Shown: positions 8,619 through 17,645 of the stretch, piece after piece
How positions within the stretch are numbered: the stretch's first letter is position 1
Layout: each line of letters starts with the position of its first letter
From: Lachnospiraceae bacterium
GTDB lineage: Bacteria; Bacillota; Clostridia; Lachnospirales; Lachnospiraceae
DNA: 64,000 nt
Assembly (NCBI GenBank): GCA_032073745.1
Contig: DAMAMW010000009.1
Coordinates: 17,533-81,532 of the forward strand
Direction: 5' to 3'
Notes under the pieces: generated by a model
What the model was told of the DNA's origin: nothing
Databases searched by the model: none
The model's input: only the letters and a program-made list of their open reading frames with translations
Made by a program: the position numbers and the translations under genes

Positions 8619-9065
8619 TTATGCTTCGGTGACTTTGACTGTCAGCTTGCCGGTTACGTCTTTATGGATTTTAACCGGTACATCGAAGGTTCCGAAAGTT
8701 TTGATCGGATCGGTGAGAACCAGTTTCTTCTTATCTAATTCAAGGCCAAGCTGGCTGACCGCTGCTGCGGCAATCTCCTTGGTGGAAATAGAGCCGAATG
8801 CTCTGCCGCCTTCGCCTGCTTTCATCGTCAGGGATACTGATAAATCTTCCAGTTTTGCTGCCAGTGCCTGTGCCTCAGCGAGCTTTTCTGCTGCGAGCTT
8901 TTCTGCATTGGCTTTCTGCAGTTTTAAATCGTTCATGTTCTTGGCGGTTGCCTCTACCCCCAGCTTCTTAGGCAGAATGAAGTTTCTGGCGTAACCGTCA
9001 TTTACTTTAACGATCTGCCCCTTCTTGCCTAATGCCTTTACGTCCTCTAATAATACAATATCCAT
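8619..9065 (-). CDS. rplI: 50S ribosomal protein L9
   Basis: [36 protein letters not shown]... is a typical L9 N-terminus. 148 aa. Confidence 0.95.
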   Translation of the reverse strand: MDIVLLEDVKALGKKGQIVKVNDGYARNFILPKKLGVEATAKNMNDLKLQKANAEKLAAEKLAEAQALAAKLEDLSVSLTMKAGEGGRAFGSISTKEIAAAAVSQLGLELDKKKLVLTDPIKTFGTFDVPVKIHKDVTGKLTVKVTEA

Positions 9066-11107
9066 TATGATATATCCCCTTTCTCGAGCATGTTGTTGAT
9101 AATTGTTTTGATTCTTTCTTTGGCTTCGTCAATGGTAACACCTGTCAGCTGCGCACCGGCAATCGTCCTGTGGCCTCCGCCGCCTAACTGTTCCATCATA
9201 ACCTGGACATTTACCTCATCGATGGAACGGGCGCTGAGATAGATGATATCATTGTATTTGGTTAATACTACCGATGCCTTGATGCCGATAATCTCCAGCA
9301 GTTCATTGGCCGCCTGCGCACCTACAACAGTAGGACTCTCGAGGCCTTCGGCCGGACAGACACCGATCGAAAATGATTCACGGTATACTTCCGCTTCTGC
9401 AATTGTGGCCGCTCTGGCCCTGTAATCTTCCATCTTGTCACGAAATAGCTTGCGCACTCTCGTCACATCGGCACCGCATCGTCTCAGGAATGCCGCTGCC
9501 TCAAAGGTCCTGACACCGGTCTGGTTGGTGAAGTTGTTGGTATCGATTACGATGCCGGCATACATGGCATCGGCTTCAATCGACTTCATCTTGATGCCGT
9601 CAGCAATATACTGCATGACCTCAGCAACCATCTCACATGCGGAAGATGCATAAGGCTCCACATAGGACAGGACCGGATTGCTGATAACTTCGCTGCTCTG
9701 TCTGTGATGATCGAGCACGACAATAGTCTTGACCATCTGAAGCAGTTCCGGTGCATCAACAATGCTTGGGCGATTGACATCGACGATAACCAGCATGGTA
9801 TTGTGATCCACCAGTTCTGCTGCTTTGGCGCCGGTTAAAAACAGGTCATCCGGATAATCTGAATTGTTCAGGAACTGACTCATCATCGGTTTTACTGATG
9901 TTGTTACTTCATTAATAATAACATGCGCTTTTTTATTCAATGAGGTCGCAATCCGGTAAATACCGATCGCTGAACCAAATGAATCAATATCACTCATCTT
10001 ATGGCCCATAATCAGCAGGCGGTCCTTGGTCTCGATCAGCTCACGCAGGGCATGGGCTTTGACACGGGCCTTGACACGGGTGGCCTTTTCAAGCTGCTGG
10101 GACTTGCCGCCATAATAGAGAATCCGGCTGCCGTCTTTCAGAACGGCCTGATCACCGCCGCGGCCCAGGGCCATATCAATAGCGGTGCGGGCAAAGTCGT
10201 AATTCTGGCTGTAAGAATCGCCGTTCATACCGATACCGACACTCAGGGTCACCGACATTTCATTACCGATATTGACGCTTTTTACTTCCTCCAGGATCGG
10301 CATGTTCTCTTCCTGAATCTGTGCAATATATTTCTGCTTGATGGTGAAGAAGTACTTGTCTTTTTCTATACTCTTTACAACGCCGTTCATACTGCTGATG
10401 TATTTGTTGATCTTCCGGTCAATCAGGGCAGTCAGCAGGGAGCGCCGCACTTCTTCAACGCTTTCCAGTGCCTCTTCGTAATTGTCCAGATATAACAGAC
10501 CGGCTACCATCTTCTCATCGGTAATCTGCTGCTTATACTGCAGAATCTCAGTCTCATCATACAGATAGACGGCAAACATCTTCTGATGTCCCACCAGACT
10601 CTGCCGCTCTTCCAGTTCCGTCCCGGAAATATATACCGGTTTCAGTTCCAGCTTAAACTGCAACGGACCGACATTGGTATGAACATATACGGTTTCATCA
10701 TCGGTCTCAAAATCGGATTTGGATACGCCGGGAAACAGGGCGGTCAGGTTCTTTTTAGTCAGGCCATCCTCATCCAGAATGTTCTGAAATGCATCATTGC
10801 ACCACATCAGTCTGCCGTCTTCCGATGCCATGGCATATGGAATCGACAGCTCTGTCAGCAACTGTTTCTGAATCCAGGCATATTCGGAAGAAAAATCGAC
10901 CAGTCCGCCGACCAGCCAGTTCTTTCGGTAAACATAGATCCAGACAGCAACAATGATATAGACCAGGGTAAAAGGAAGCACTGCCACAGCAGAAATCGGA
11001 TCGATCATCCACACCGCGAGATTACCACAAATAACAAAGGGCGACAACAAAAGAGGCCACATCAGGTATACTCTCAACTGCCCCTTGGCTTTGACATTTT
11101 CATTCAT
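9065..11107 (-). CDS. gdpP: GdpP-type DHH/DHHA1 cyclic-di-AMP phosphodiesterase
   Basis: Two N-terminal TM helices, a PAS/degenerate GGDEF-like middle region, a DHH motif (VVLDHHR) and DHHA1 GGGGH. Conserved gdpP-rplI-dnaB gene order. Confidence 0.85.
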   Translation of the reverse strand: MNENVKAKGQLRVYLMWPLLLSPFVICGNLAVWMIDPISAVAVLPFTLVYIIVAVWIYVYRKNWLVGGLVDFSSEYAWIQKQLLTELSIPYAMASEDGRLMWCNDAFQNILDEDGLTKKNLTALFPGVSKSDFETDDETVYVHTNVGPLQFKLELKPVYISGTELEERQSLVGHQKMFAVYLYDETEILQYKQQITDEKMVAGLLYLDNYEEALESVEEVRRSLLTALIDRKINKYISSMNGVVKSIEKDKYFFTIKQKYIAQIQEENMPILEEVKSVNIGNEMSVTLSVGIGMNGDSYSQNYDFARTAIDMALGRGGDQAVLKDGSRILYYGGKSQQLEKATRVKARVKAHALRELIETKDRLLIMGHKMSDIDSFGSAIGIYRIATSLNKKAHVIINEVTTSVKPMMSQFLNNSDYPDDLFLTGAKAAELVDHNTMLVIVDVNRPSIVDAPELLQMVKTIVVLDHHRQSSEVISNPVLSYVEPYASSACEMVAEVMQYIADGIKMKSIEADAMYAGIVIDTNNFTNQTGVRTFEAAAFLRRCGADVTRVRKLFRDKMEDYRARAATIAEAEVYRESFSIGVCPAEGLESPTVVGAQAANELLEIIGIKASVVLTKYNDIIYLSARSIDEVNVQVMMEQLGGGGHRTIAGAQLTGVTIDEAKERIKTIINNMLEKGDIS

Positions 11108-11270
11108 ATATTGTCTCCTTATAAAGCCCCTTCATATAAGCCTGAAGCTTCTTTTTCGATCGCAAATTATCTTTATAATTATAGCATAACCATTTCCGTT
11201 CGTCTACTGCCTGTGTTTTTGGAAAATTCGTTGTTTTTTTCTTCATTTTAATATAAAATAGGGGTTTGAA

Positions 11271-11413
11271 GTCACGGTTCACACCCGAGTCAATCACTTG
11301 CTGATTGACTCGGAGGATGTACGTTATGGCCGGAAAGCAGACCGTCCATCGCCAAAGGCGATTTAAAATGACGGTCTGCGTTACTGTTTGCTGGCTTGCC
11401 AGTGAACAGTGAC
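11271..11413 (+). ncRNA. candidate structured 5' leader / cis-regulatory RNA upstream of the DUF4317-like gene
   Basis: Closing helix gtcacggttcac (11271-11282) / gtgaacagtgac (11402-11413). It encloses a 12-bp hairpin (11285-11313), a 10-bp hairpin with a nested tcgcc/ggcga stem (11337-11379) and a short ctgg/ccag hairpin. The structure ends about 12 nt before the RBS. Confidence 0.35.
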
Positions 11414-11438
11414 GTTTGAAGAACAGGAGATGATGTCA

Positions 11439-12590
11439 ATGATCAAAAAAGAAATATCAGAAATCAAACGCTTATTCACCCCCGCCAACTGCTCGATTAC
11501 GCGCATCTGCGGCTGTTATGTTGATGGTGAAAAAAACAAGAAAACGGAGCTAAAAGAGGCTTTTATGTCTTTGCCGGAAGACGATATGTTTAAATATTTC
11601 GAGATCCTGCGGAAATCTCTGTCGGGTACACTGGGGAAAAACCTGCTGAACCTCGATTTTCCGCTGGATACGGAGATGGAAGGCGGCCCGCAGGAATTTT
11701 TGCTGCGTCTGCGGGGCAGCAAGCTGCAGGATGATGAAATCCTGGAGGCTTTTTATGACCGGGTGATTGAAACTTATGATTATGTAGGGAATTATCTGAT
11801 CCTTATTGTTCATGATTCGTATGATATTCCCGGCAAGACTTCCGACGGGCTGTCCATGGATGACGCATCGGATGAGGTGTTCAGCTATATTTTATGCTGT
11901 ATCTGCCCGGTCGATCTGTCGAAACCGGGACTCAGCTACAATGAAGTCCAGAATACGTTTAGCAACCGGGTCCGGGACTGGGTGGTGGCCATGCCGGAGA
12001 TGGGATTTTTATTCCCCGCATTTAATGACCGCAGTACTGATATACATAGTACACTTTATTATTCTAAAAATGCTGATGACCTGCAGGATTCCTTTGTCGA
12101 ACAGCTGCTGGGCTGTCCGCTGCCGCTGCCGGCCGGGTATCAGAAGGAATCTTTTACTGCAATTATTGAGGAGACTCTTGGCGAGACCTGCAGCTATGAA
12201 ACAGTTCGTACAATTCATGAACATTTGAATGAGATGCTGGAAGAACACAAAGATGATCCGGAACCATTGATGCTGGACAAGTATCAGGTCAAAAATCTGC
12301 TGGAGACCAGCGGTGTGGAAGAAGAAGCGCTGCAGGACTTTGATAAGCATTTTGATGAGACAGCGGGGGAGAAGGCGGCTATCTTTGCAAATAACGTGGT
12401 GAATACACGGGCCTTTGAGGTGAAGACTCCGGATGTTATTATTAAGGTTAATCCTGAACGTTCCGGGCTGATTGAGACGAAAGAGATCGATGGCCGGCGG
12501 TGTCTGGTGATTGAGATTGAAGGGGCCGTTGAGGTGAACGGAATTCTTGTCAGGGGCAGCGGAAGCGATGGCCTGGAAGAAAAGGAATAA
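11439..12590 (+). CDS. hypothetical protein resembling the clostridial DUF4317 family (recalled from memory)
   Basis: AGGAG at 11425-11429 is 9 nt before ATG 11439 (MIKKEISEIKRLF...). The ORF-track GTG at 11409 lies inside the leader helix. No catalytic motif recognised. Confidence 0.5.
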   Translation: MIKKEISEIKRLFTPANCSITRICGCYVDGEKNKKTELKEAFMSLPEDDMFKYFEILRKSLSGTLGKNLLNLDFPLDTEMEGGPQEFLLRLRGSKLQDDEILEAFYDRVIETYDYVGNYLILIVHDSYDIPGKTSDGLSMDDASDEVFSYILCCICPVDLSKPGLSYNEVQNTFSNRVRDWVVAMPEMGFLFPAFNDRSTDIHSTLYYSKNADDLQDSFVEQLLGCPLPLPAGYQKESFTAIIEETLGETCSYETVRTIHEHLNEMLEEHKDDPEPLMLDKYQVKNLLETSGVEEEALQDFDKHFDETAGEKAAIFANNVVNTRAFEVKTPDVIIKVNPERSGLIETKEIDGRRCLVIEIEGAVEVNGILVRGSGSDGLEEKE

Positions 12591-12610
12591 CGAAATGGAC
12601 CAAAAGTATG

Positions 12611-12645
12611 GGTGCCAGTCTGCTGGCATCCACTTGTTTTCTTCA
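12611..12645 (+). terminator. candidate terminator
   Basis: 8-bp stem ggtgccag/ctggcatc with a tctg tetraloop, followed by a T-rich tract (cacttgttttcttc). Confidence 0.45.
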
Positions 12646-12727
12646 TTGCTTTTTTATTTTACTATTTTTATTGATTTTTCTTCTTTTTGGTATTAATATT
12701 AAAACATCTTAAAACATAGGGGTACGT

Positions 12728-13636
12728 ATGAAAAAATTGTTGAGTCCTGAGTTGCTGATTTTACACATGGAGCAAAGAGGAATAGGATTTAATTTAGTAT
12801 CAAAAGACGAAGCATTGGAATTTCTAAAAAACAATAACTACTATAAAAAGCTCTCATCATATAAAAAAAATTATTTATATGCGCCTGATAAAGAAGGTCG
12901 CAGAAAATATCAAAATTTAGAATTTGCTTATCTTCAAGAACTTTCAAAAATCGACGTTCGTTTAAGATATCTCATTATTCAAATGTGTCTGGACATAGAG
13001 CATGCGGTAAAGGTCTGGATTATCAATGAATGTATTAAACGTGAAGATAACGGCTATACAATGAGCTTGGCTTTTTTGGAGAGATATCCTGATATAAAAA
13101 ACCATATACACGATCATGCTGATAGTCCTTATTGCAAAGAATTAATATCCTGTCATCAACACAGATATCCTATTTGGATACTACTAGAAGTTATTTCATT
13201 TGGAGATTTATGTCGTTTTTACAAATATATAAATGATCTGGATAGGAAAAAGAGAGATTCAGATATCATATTTAAGGTGCGTAGTTTGCGGAATGCTGCC
13301 GCCCACAGCCATTGTTTAATAAGAGACTTACACAAGAGTGATGCAATTGCAGAACCTTGTGTTACTCAATTTATATCTAGTATATCTGAGATTACGCCCT
13401 CTGCCAGAGGTACTAAATTATCAAATCATTTTATATGTGATTTTGTCTCTACTTTATATTTTTATAACTTTATTATCAAGAGTAAAGCTTCAAAACAGAG
13501 AATTTATGAAGAAATAACTGACTTATTCAATAATCGAATGTTGAGAAATAAGTCATACTTTGTAAACAATAATTTGATAAAAACTTCCTACTCCTTTACA
13601 CAAAAAATTGTTGACAAAATTGTAAAAAGCGAATAA
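12728..13636 (+). CDS. Abi_2 (AbiD/AbiF-like) abortive-infection protein
   Basis: N-terminal NNYYKKLSSYKKNY resembles the YYRLSxY motif, and LRNAAAHSHCL resembles the RNxxAHxxR motif of AbiD/F. The gene and its flanks are visibly much more AT-rich than the neighbours. Confidence 0.72.
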   Translation: MKKLLSPELLILHMEQRGIGFNLVSKDEALEFLKNNNYYKKLSSYKKNYLYAPDKEGRRKYQNLEFAYLQELSKIDVRLRYLIIQMCLDIEHAVKVWIINECIKREDNGYTMSLAFLERYPDIKNHIHDHADSPYCKELISCHQHRYPIWILLEVISFGDLCRFYKYINDLDRKKRDSDIIFKVRSLRNAAAHSHCLIRDLHKSDAIAEPCVTQFISSISEITPSARGTKLSNHFICDFVSTLYFYNFIIKSKASKQRIYEEITDLFNNRMLRNKSYFVNNNLIKTSYSFTQKIVDKIVKSE

Positions 13637-13762
13637 TATAATAACATGAAGTTAAAAAACTTATGTTTTTGTGCGGGTCGAGATTGACAAATGTCAGTAT
13701 TGACCCTATTTTTTTTATTTGTATAAACAAAGCCATATTTGTCTTCCCAGATTATGTTTTCA

Positions 13763-13795
13763 CAAAAAAGCATCCGTTTTCCCGAATGCTTTTCT
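13763..13795 (-). terminator. terminator of the nucleoside operon (minus strand)
   Basis: The minus strand reads aaaagcat-tcgggaaaacgg-atgctttt followed by ttgtg. It lies just after the dehydrogenase stop. Confidence 0.5.
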
Positions 13796-13807
13796 GCTCT
13801 TCTTGTT

Positions 13808-14758
13808 TTATTTCATCACATTCCGGGGCGATCCTGCTGCCCAGAATTTCACATTGTCAAATGCAATCCGTGCCCGTTTTACCATTGACTCCGCCGTAGC
13901 AAATGCCACATGAGGCGTCAGCAGGGTATTAGGTGCCTGCAGCAGCGGATAATCCTGGGGAACCGGTGGTTCCATATCAAATACATCCAGAGCTGCACCG
14001 GCGATCACGCCATTGTGCAGTGCCTGAGCCAGCGCAGCATTATCTACGACCGGGCCGCGGGCAGCATTCACCAGGATAGCTGATGGTTTCATTAATTTCA
14101 GGGTGTCAGCATTGATCATTCCACGAGTGGAATCGAGCAGCGGTACATGGAGTGATACGACATCACTGGTTTTCAGTACTTCTTCGAAGCTCACCTTCTC
14201 CACTCCGTCAATCTGGTTATCATCTTCACTGTACGCGATCACCCGGCAGCCAAATGCCAGTGCCACTTTAGCAACGGCACCGCCGATTGCGCCCAGTCCG
14301 ATGATTCCGAAAGTCTTTCCTTCCAGTTCAAATCCTACCAGACCATCTTTGGTTTTGCTCTCGCGGGTTGCTGTATCACACTGCATAATCCGGCGGTACA
14401 GGGTAATCACACTGCCAAATACCAGCTCCATAACTGCGGTGTTGGCATAACCGGAACAATTGCATACGGTGATGTTGTGTTCACGGCAATATTCCATATC
14501 AATATGGTCGATTCCGGTAAAGGCAACACAGATCATTTTCAGGTTCGGATTTTTTTCCATAATATCTCGTCCATAAGGGATGTTGGATATCATTACGATA
14601 TCAGCATCACCGGAACGTTCGGTCAATGACGCCGGATCTTCAGCCCGGTCAGCATAATAATCAATCTCAATTGAAGTTCCAAGCGCCTCTTCGGCAATTT
14701 TTATCAGTACTTCTTTTTTTACTCCTAACGGTTCTACAACTGCACATTTCATTTTCAT
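13808..14758 (-). CDS. D-isomer-specific 2-hydroxyacid dehydrogenase family protein
   Basis: NAD fold GIIGLGAIGGAVA. Catalytic-region motifs NAARGPVVD and TPHVAFAT. Confidence 0.8.
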   Translation of the reverse strand: MKMKCAVVEPLGVKKEVLIKIAEEALGTSIEIDYYADRAEDPASLTERSGDADIVMISNIPYGRDIMEKNPNLKMICVAFTGIDHIDMEYCREHNITVCNCSGYANTAVMELVFGSVITLYRRIMQCDTATRESKTKDGLVGFELEGKTFGIIGLGAIGGAVAKVALAFGCRVIAYSEDDNQIDGVEKVSFEEVLKTSDVVSLHVPLLDSTRGMINADTLKLMKPSAILVNAARGPVVDNAALAQALHNGVIAGAALDVFDMEPPVPQDYPLLQAPNTLLTPHVAFATAESMVKRARIAFDNVKFWAAGSPRNVMK

Positions 14759-14785
14759 CTGTTCTCCTTTATTCGTTTGATCATA

Positions 14786-15628
14786 CTACTTTCCCTGCAT
14801 CAATGACGGGTAAATGTGTTTCTTTCCGGCCTGTTTTTTCTTATTATCCCACTCAGATAAAATCTGTACTGCCAGATTGGCTGCCTGGATATTCTGATCG
14901 GTTGTATCAGAATTATAAGAAAAATCATTCCGTACCCGGTTGGCTATCACCGTAAATACCGCTCCCGCCCGCATCTGATACAGACGGCTGATGGTAAGTA
15001 CTGTTGCCGCCTCCATCTCAAAGTTCAACACTCCGGCGGCCTGCATATCGGGGAGGATATTTTTCATAAAACTCTGGCTGTAGCCTTTTACTCCGGGGCG
15101 GCCCTGGCCGCAGAAAAATGATGCTGCCGTATATCCGACCCCCAGGTGATACGTATAGCCAAGCCGTTCTGCTGCTTCTACCAATGCCATCGTTACTTCA
15201 AGATCGGCAAAGGCGGGATATTCCGGCAAAACATAATCACAGCTTGTCCCCTCCTTGCGTACGGCACCGGTACAGATAATCAGGTCACCGGGCCGGATAT
15301 GCTCCTGCATGGCACCGCAGGTACCGACACGGATTACGGTGTCACAGCCGATCTCGGCCAGGTCTTCCAGCGTACTTGCCGTGGAACCGCCGCCGGCACC
15401 GGTGGAACAGGCGGATATGCCGGTCTCACCGATCGTTCCTGTATAGGTGACATGTTCCCGGTAATCAGCCACTTTATCTGCATTATCCCACATTGCTGCG
15501 ATCTTTTCAACCCGCTTTGGATCACCGGGCAAAAGCACGTACTTTGCCACATCACCGGGACCGCATTGGATATGATATTGCTTTCCGTCTACACTCACCG
15601 GTCGGGAGGCATTTTCCCATTCACTCAT
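14786..15628 (-). CDS. udp: uridine phosphorylase-like nucleoside phosphorylase (PNP_UDP_1)
   Basis: LLPGDPKRVEKIAAMWD..., CSTGAGGGSTAS, NFEMEAATVL and RAGAVFTVIANR align by eye with E. coli Udp. Confidence 0.72.
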   Translation of the reverse strand: MSEWENASRPVSVDGKQYHIQCGPGDVAKYVLLPGDPKRVEKIAAMWDNADKVADYREHVTYTGTIGETGISACSTGAGGGSTASTLEDLAEIGCDTVIRVGTCGAMQEHIRPGDLIICTGAVRKEGTSCDYVLPEYPAFADLEVTMALVEAAERLGYTYHLGVGYTAASFFCGQGRPGVKGYSQSFMKNILPDMQAAGVLNFEMEAATVLTISRLYQMRAGAVFTVIANRVRNDFSYNSDTTDQNIQAANLAVQILSEWDNKKKQAGKKHIYPSLMQGK

Positions 15629-15658
15629 AATTTATTCTCCTCATACTTATACTCTCTT

Positions 15659-16576
15659 TTATTCATCCTGGAACTTGCCGACACCTGCCGGTGTACGTAA
15701 TCCGCGGACACCAAATGAAATGACTGCCAGAGTAAACAGATACGGAATCATCCGCATCAGCTGGTTAGGTACTCCGCTGTCCTGGAATACCACCTGCATG
15801 GAATCAAAAAAGCCAAAGAACAGGCCGCCAAGTAATGTGCCGAGTGGATTGTAACGGCCAAAGGCATTGATTACCACAGCGATATAACCGCGGCCGGCTG
15901 TCATGCCGTCAACGAACAGATCGAGCTGTCCGATTGACAGGTAGGCTCCGCCCATGCCGCACAGTAAACCACACATGAGTACACCAAAATATTTATATCC
16001 GACTACATTAATCCCGACTGTACTGGCCGCCTGCGGATTTTCGCCAACCATACGTAGCCGCAAACCACGGGTTGTTTTAAACAGGAAAAACCAGCCCCCG
16101 GCGATCAAAATAATAGCCAGGTAAAACAGAATATTCTGCTGATTAAGAATCGTTCCCAATACCGGAATATGATCCAGGAAACTAAGTTTAATCGGTGAAA
16201 ATGCCGCCACACGCGAGGAGCTGTTGCGCTGCTGCCAGATCATCTGCAGGATCAGCGGTGATATTGCCAGCCCCAGCAGATTGACACACATGCCGCTGAT
16301 GGTCGCATTGACCCGGTATGTAACGTGCATGACTGCATGCAGCATGGCGATCGTTCCGCCGGCCAGGATCCCGCCGAGCAGTCCCAGCCAGGCACTTCCG
16401 GTATAATAGGAAGTAATAACTGCGAACAGTGAACCGGAGATCATCATACCTTCACAGCCCAGATCACTGACGCCTGACCGCATCGAAAACGCCGCACCGG
16501 CGGAAGCCAGTATCATCGGTACGGACATTCTCAAGGTAGATACTACTATGAGTAAAATCAAATTAGATCCTTCCAT
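15659..16576 (-). CDS. ABC transporter permease (BMP/nucleoside system, NupQ-like)
   Basis: A multi-TM protein within the BMP-SBP, double-ATPase and two-permease gene string. Confidence 0.85.
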   Translation of the reverse strand: MEGSNLILLIVVSTLRMSVPMILASAGAAFSMRSGVSDLGCEGMMISGSLFAVITSYYTGSAWLGLLGGILAGGTIAMLHAVMHVTYRVNATISGMCVNLLGLAISPLILQMIWQQRNSSSRVAAFSPIKLSFLDHIPVLGTILNQQNILFYLAIILIAGGWFFLFKTTRGLRLRMVGENPQAASTVGINVVGYKYFGVLMCGLLCGMGGAYLSIGQLDLFVDGMTAGRGYIAVVINAFGRYNPLGTLLGGLFFGFFDSMQVVFQDSGVPNQLMRMIPYLFTLAVISFGVRGLRTPAGVGKFQDE

Positions 16577-16580
16577 ATGC

Positions 16581-17645
16581 TTACACCTCCGCCTTTGCCT
16601 TTATTCGTTTGGGAATATCCAGAATCGCACGGACCATCCTCGGGGCCGCCACGAATACAACTACAAGTACCTGAATCACATCAACAAACTCGATCGGAAT
16701 CGGGGTTGTCCGGTTCAGGGTGATGGCACCTGCTTTTAAGATGCCAAACAAGATTGCAGACGGAATTACCGCGATCGGATTGTAGGCTGCCAATGCCGCT
16801 ACGGAAATGCCGGCAAATCCATAGGAAGAAGAAATCCCTTCGACAAACCGGAAGTTTGTTCCCATGACCAGAGCACTTCCGCACAGTCCTGCAACTGCAC
16901 CTGACAGCGAAAATGTAATCAGGTGAATCCGGGAAGTCGGGATTCCGGCTGTTTTTGCTGCTGTCGGATTGAGTCCGGTTACATTCATTTCATATCCGTA
17001 GTTTGTTCGCTTTAAGATAAACTGCACCAGAATTGCTAAAACAACGCCGATCAGGATAGCGGTTGTCAGCTGCGTTTTAGGAATCAGCTTGCTCAGTCTG
17101 GCTGTTTCTGCGATCATTTCTGTCTGCGGCTGCGGGCTGCCATCGGGTCTTAGCGGGCCATTTGCCAGATAACCGGCAAACAGGATGAAAACTTCATTCA
17201 GCATCAATGATGTGATGATTTCACTGGCACCAAACTTCACGCGCAGGGACGCGACCAGAAGCGCTGCCAGTCCGCCCATCAGCATCCCGGCAAGCAGAGT
17301 CAGCGGCAGATGAATCATTCGCGGCATCCCGGCCAGGTACGCACCGATTACGGCACTGCCGATTGCGCCCATATAAAGCTGGCCTTCTGCACCGGTGTTA
17401 ATCATCCGTACTTTATAGGCAATGGCAAAGGCCAGTCCGGTAAACAGGATCGGAGTTGCCTGACTCAGGGAAAGGGCCATTCCCTTTACCGTACCGAGTG
17501 AATATCCAAATATGGCGGCATAACTTTGAATCGGTGAATAACCTGCCAGCCAGATAATCAAAGCCCCCAGCAGCAGTGAAAAAAGGAGTGCGAAAACAGA
17601 AGTTAAAAGTGCTCCGCTGCCCGCAGATTTTTTATTGATTTTCAT
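16581..17645 (-). CDS. ABC transporter permease (BMP/nucleoside system, NupP-like)
   Basis: A multi-TM protein whose start overlaps the ATPase stop by 4 nt. Confidence 0.85.
   Translation of the reverse strand: MKINKKSAGSGALLTSVFALLFSLLLGALIIWLAGYSPIQSYAAIFGYSLGTVKGMALSLSQATPILFTGLAFAIAYKVRMINTGAEGQLYMGAIGSAVIGAYLAGMPRMIHLPLTLLAGMLMGGLAALLVASLRVKFGASEIITSLMLNEVFILFAGYLANGPLRPDGSPQPQTEMIAETARLSKLIPKTQLTTAILIGVVLAILVQFILKRTNYGYEMNVTGLNPTAAKTAGIPTSRIHLITFSLSGAVAGLCGSALVMGTNFRFVEGISSSYGFAGISVAALAAYNPIAVIPSAILFGILKAGAITLNRTTPIPIEFVDVIQVLVVVFVAAPRMVRAILDIPKRIKAKAEV

Noticed and set aside
10001-11251. 164-aa and 221-aa plus-strand ORFs
   Set aside because: They are antisense shadows inside the gdpP coding region, which has clear motifs on the minus strand.
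12009-12646. 206-aa and 120-aa minus-strand ORFs
   Set aside because: They are antisense to the DUF4317-like CDS, have no RBS and are typical shadow ORFs.
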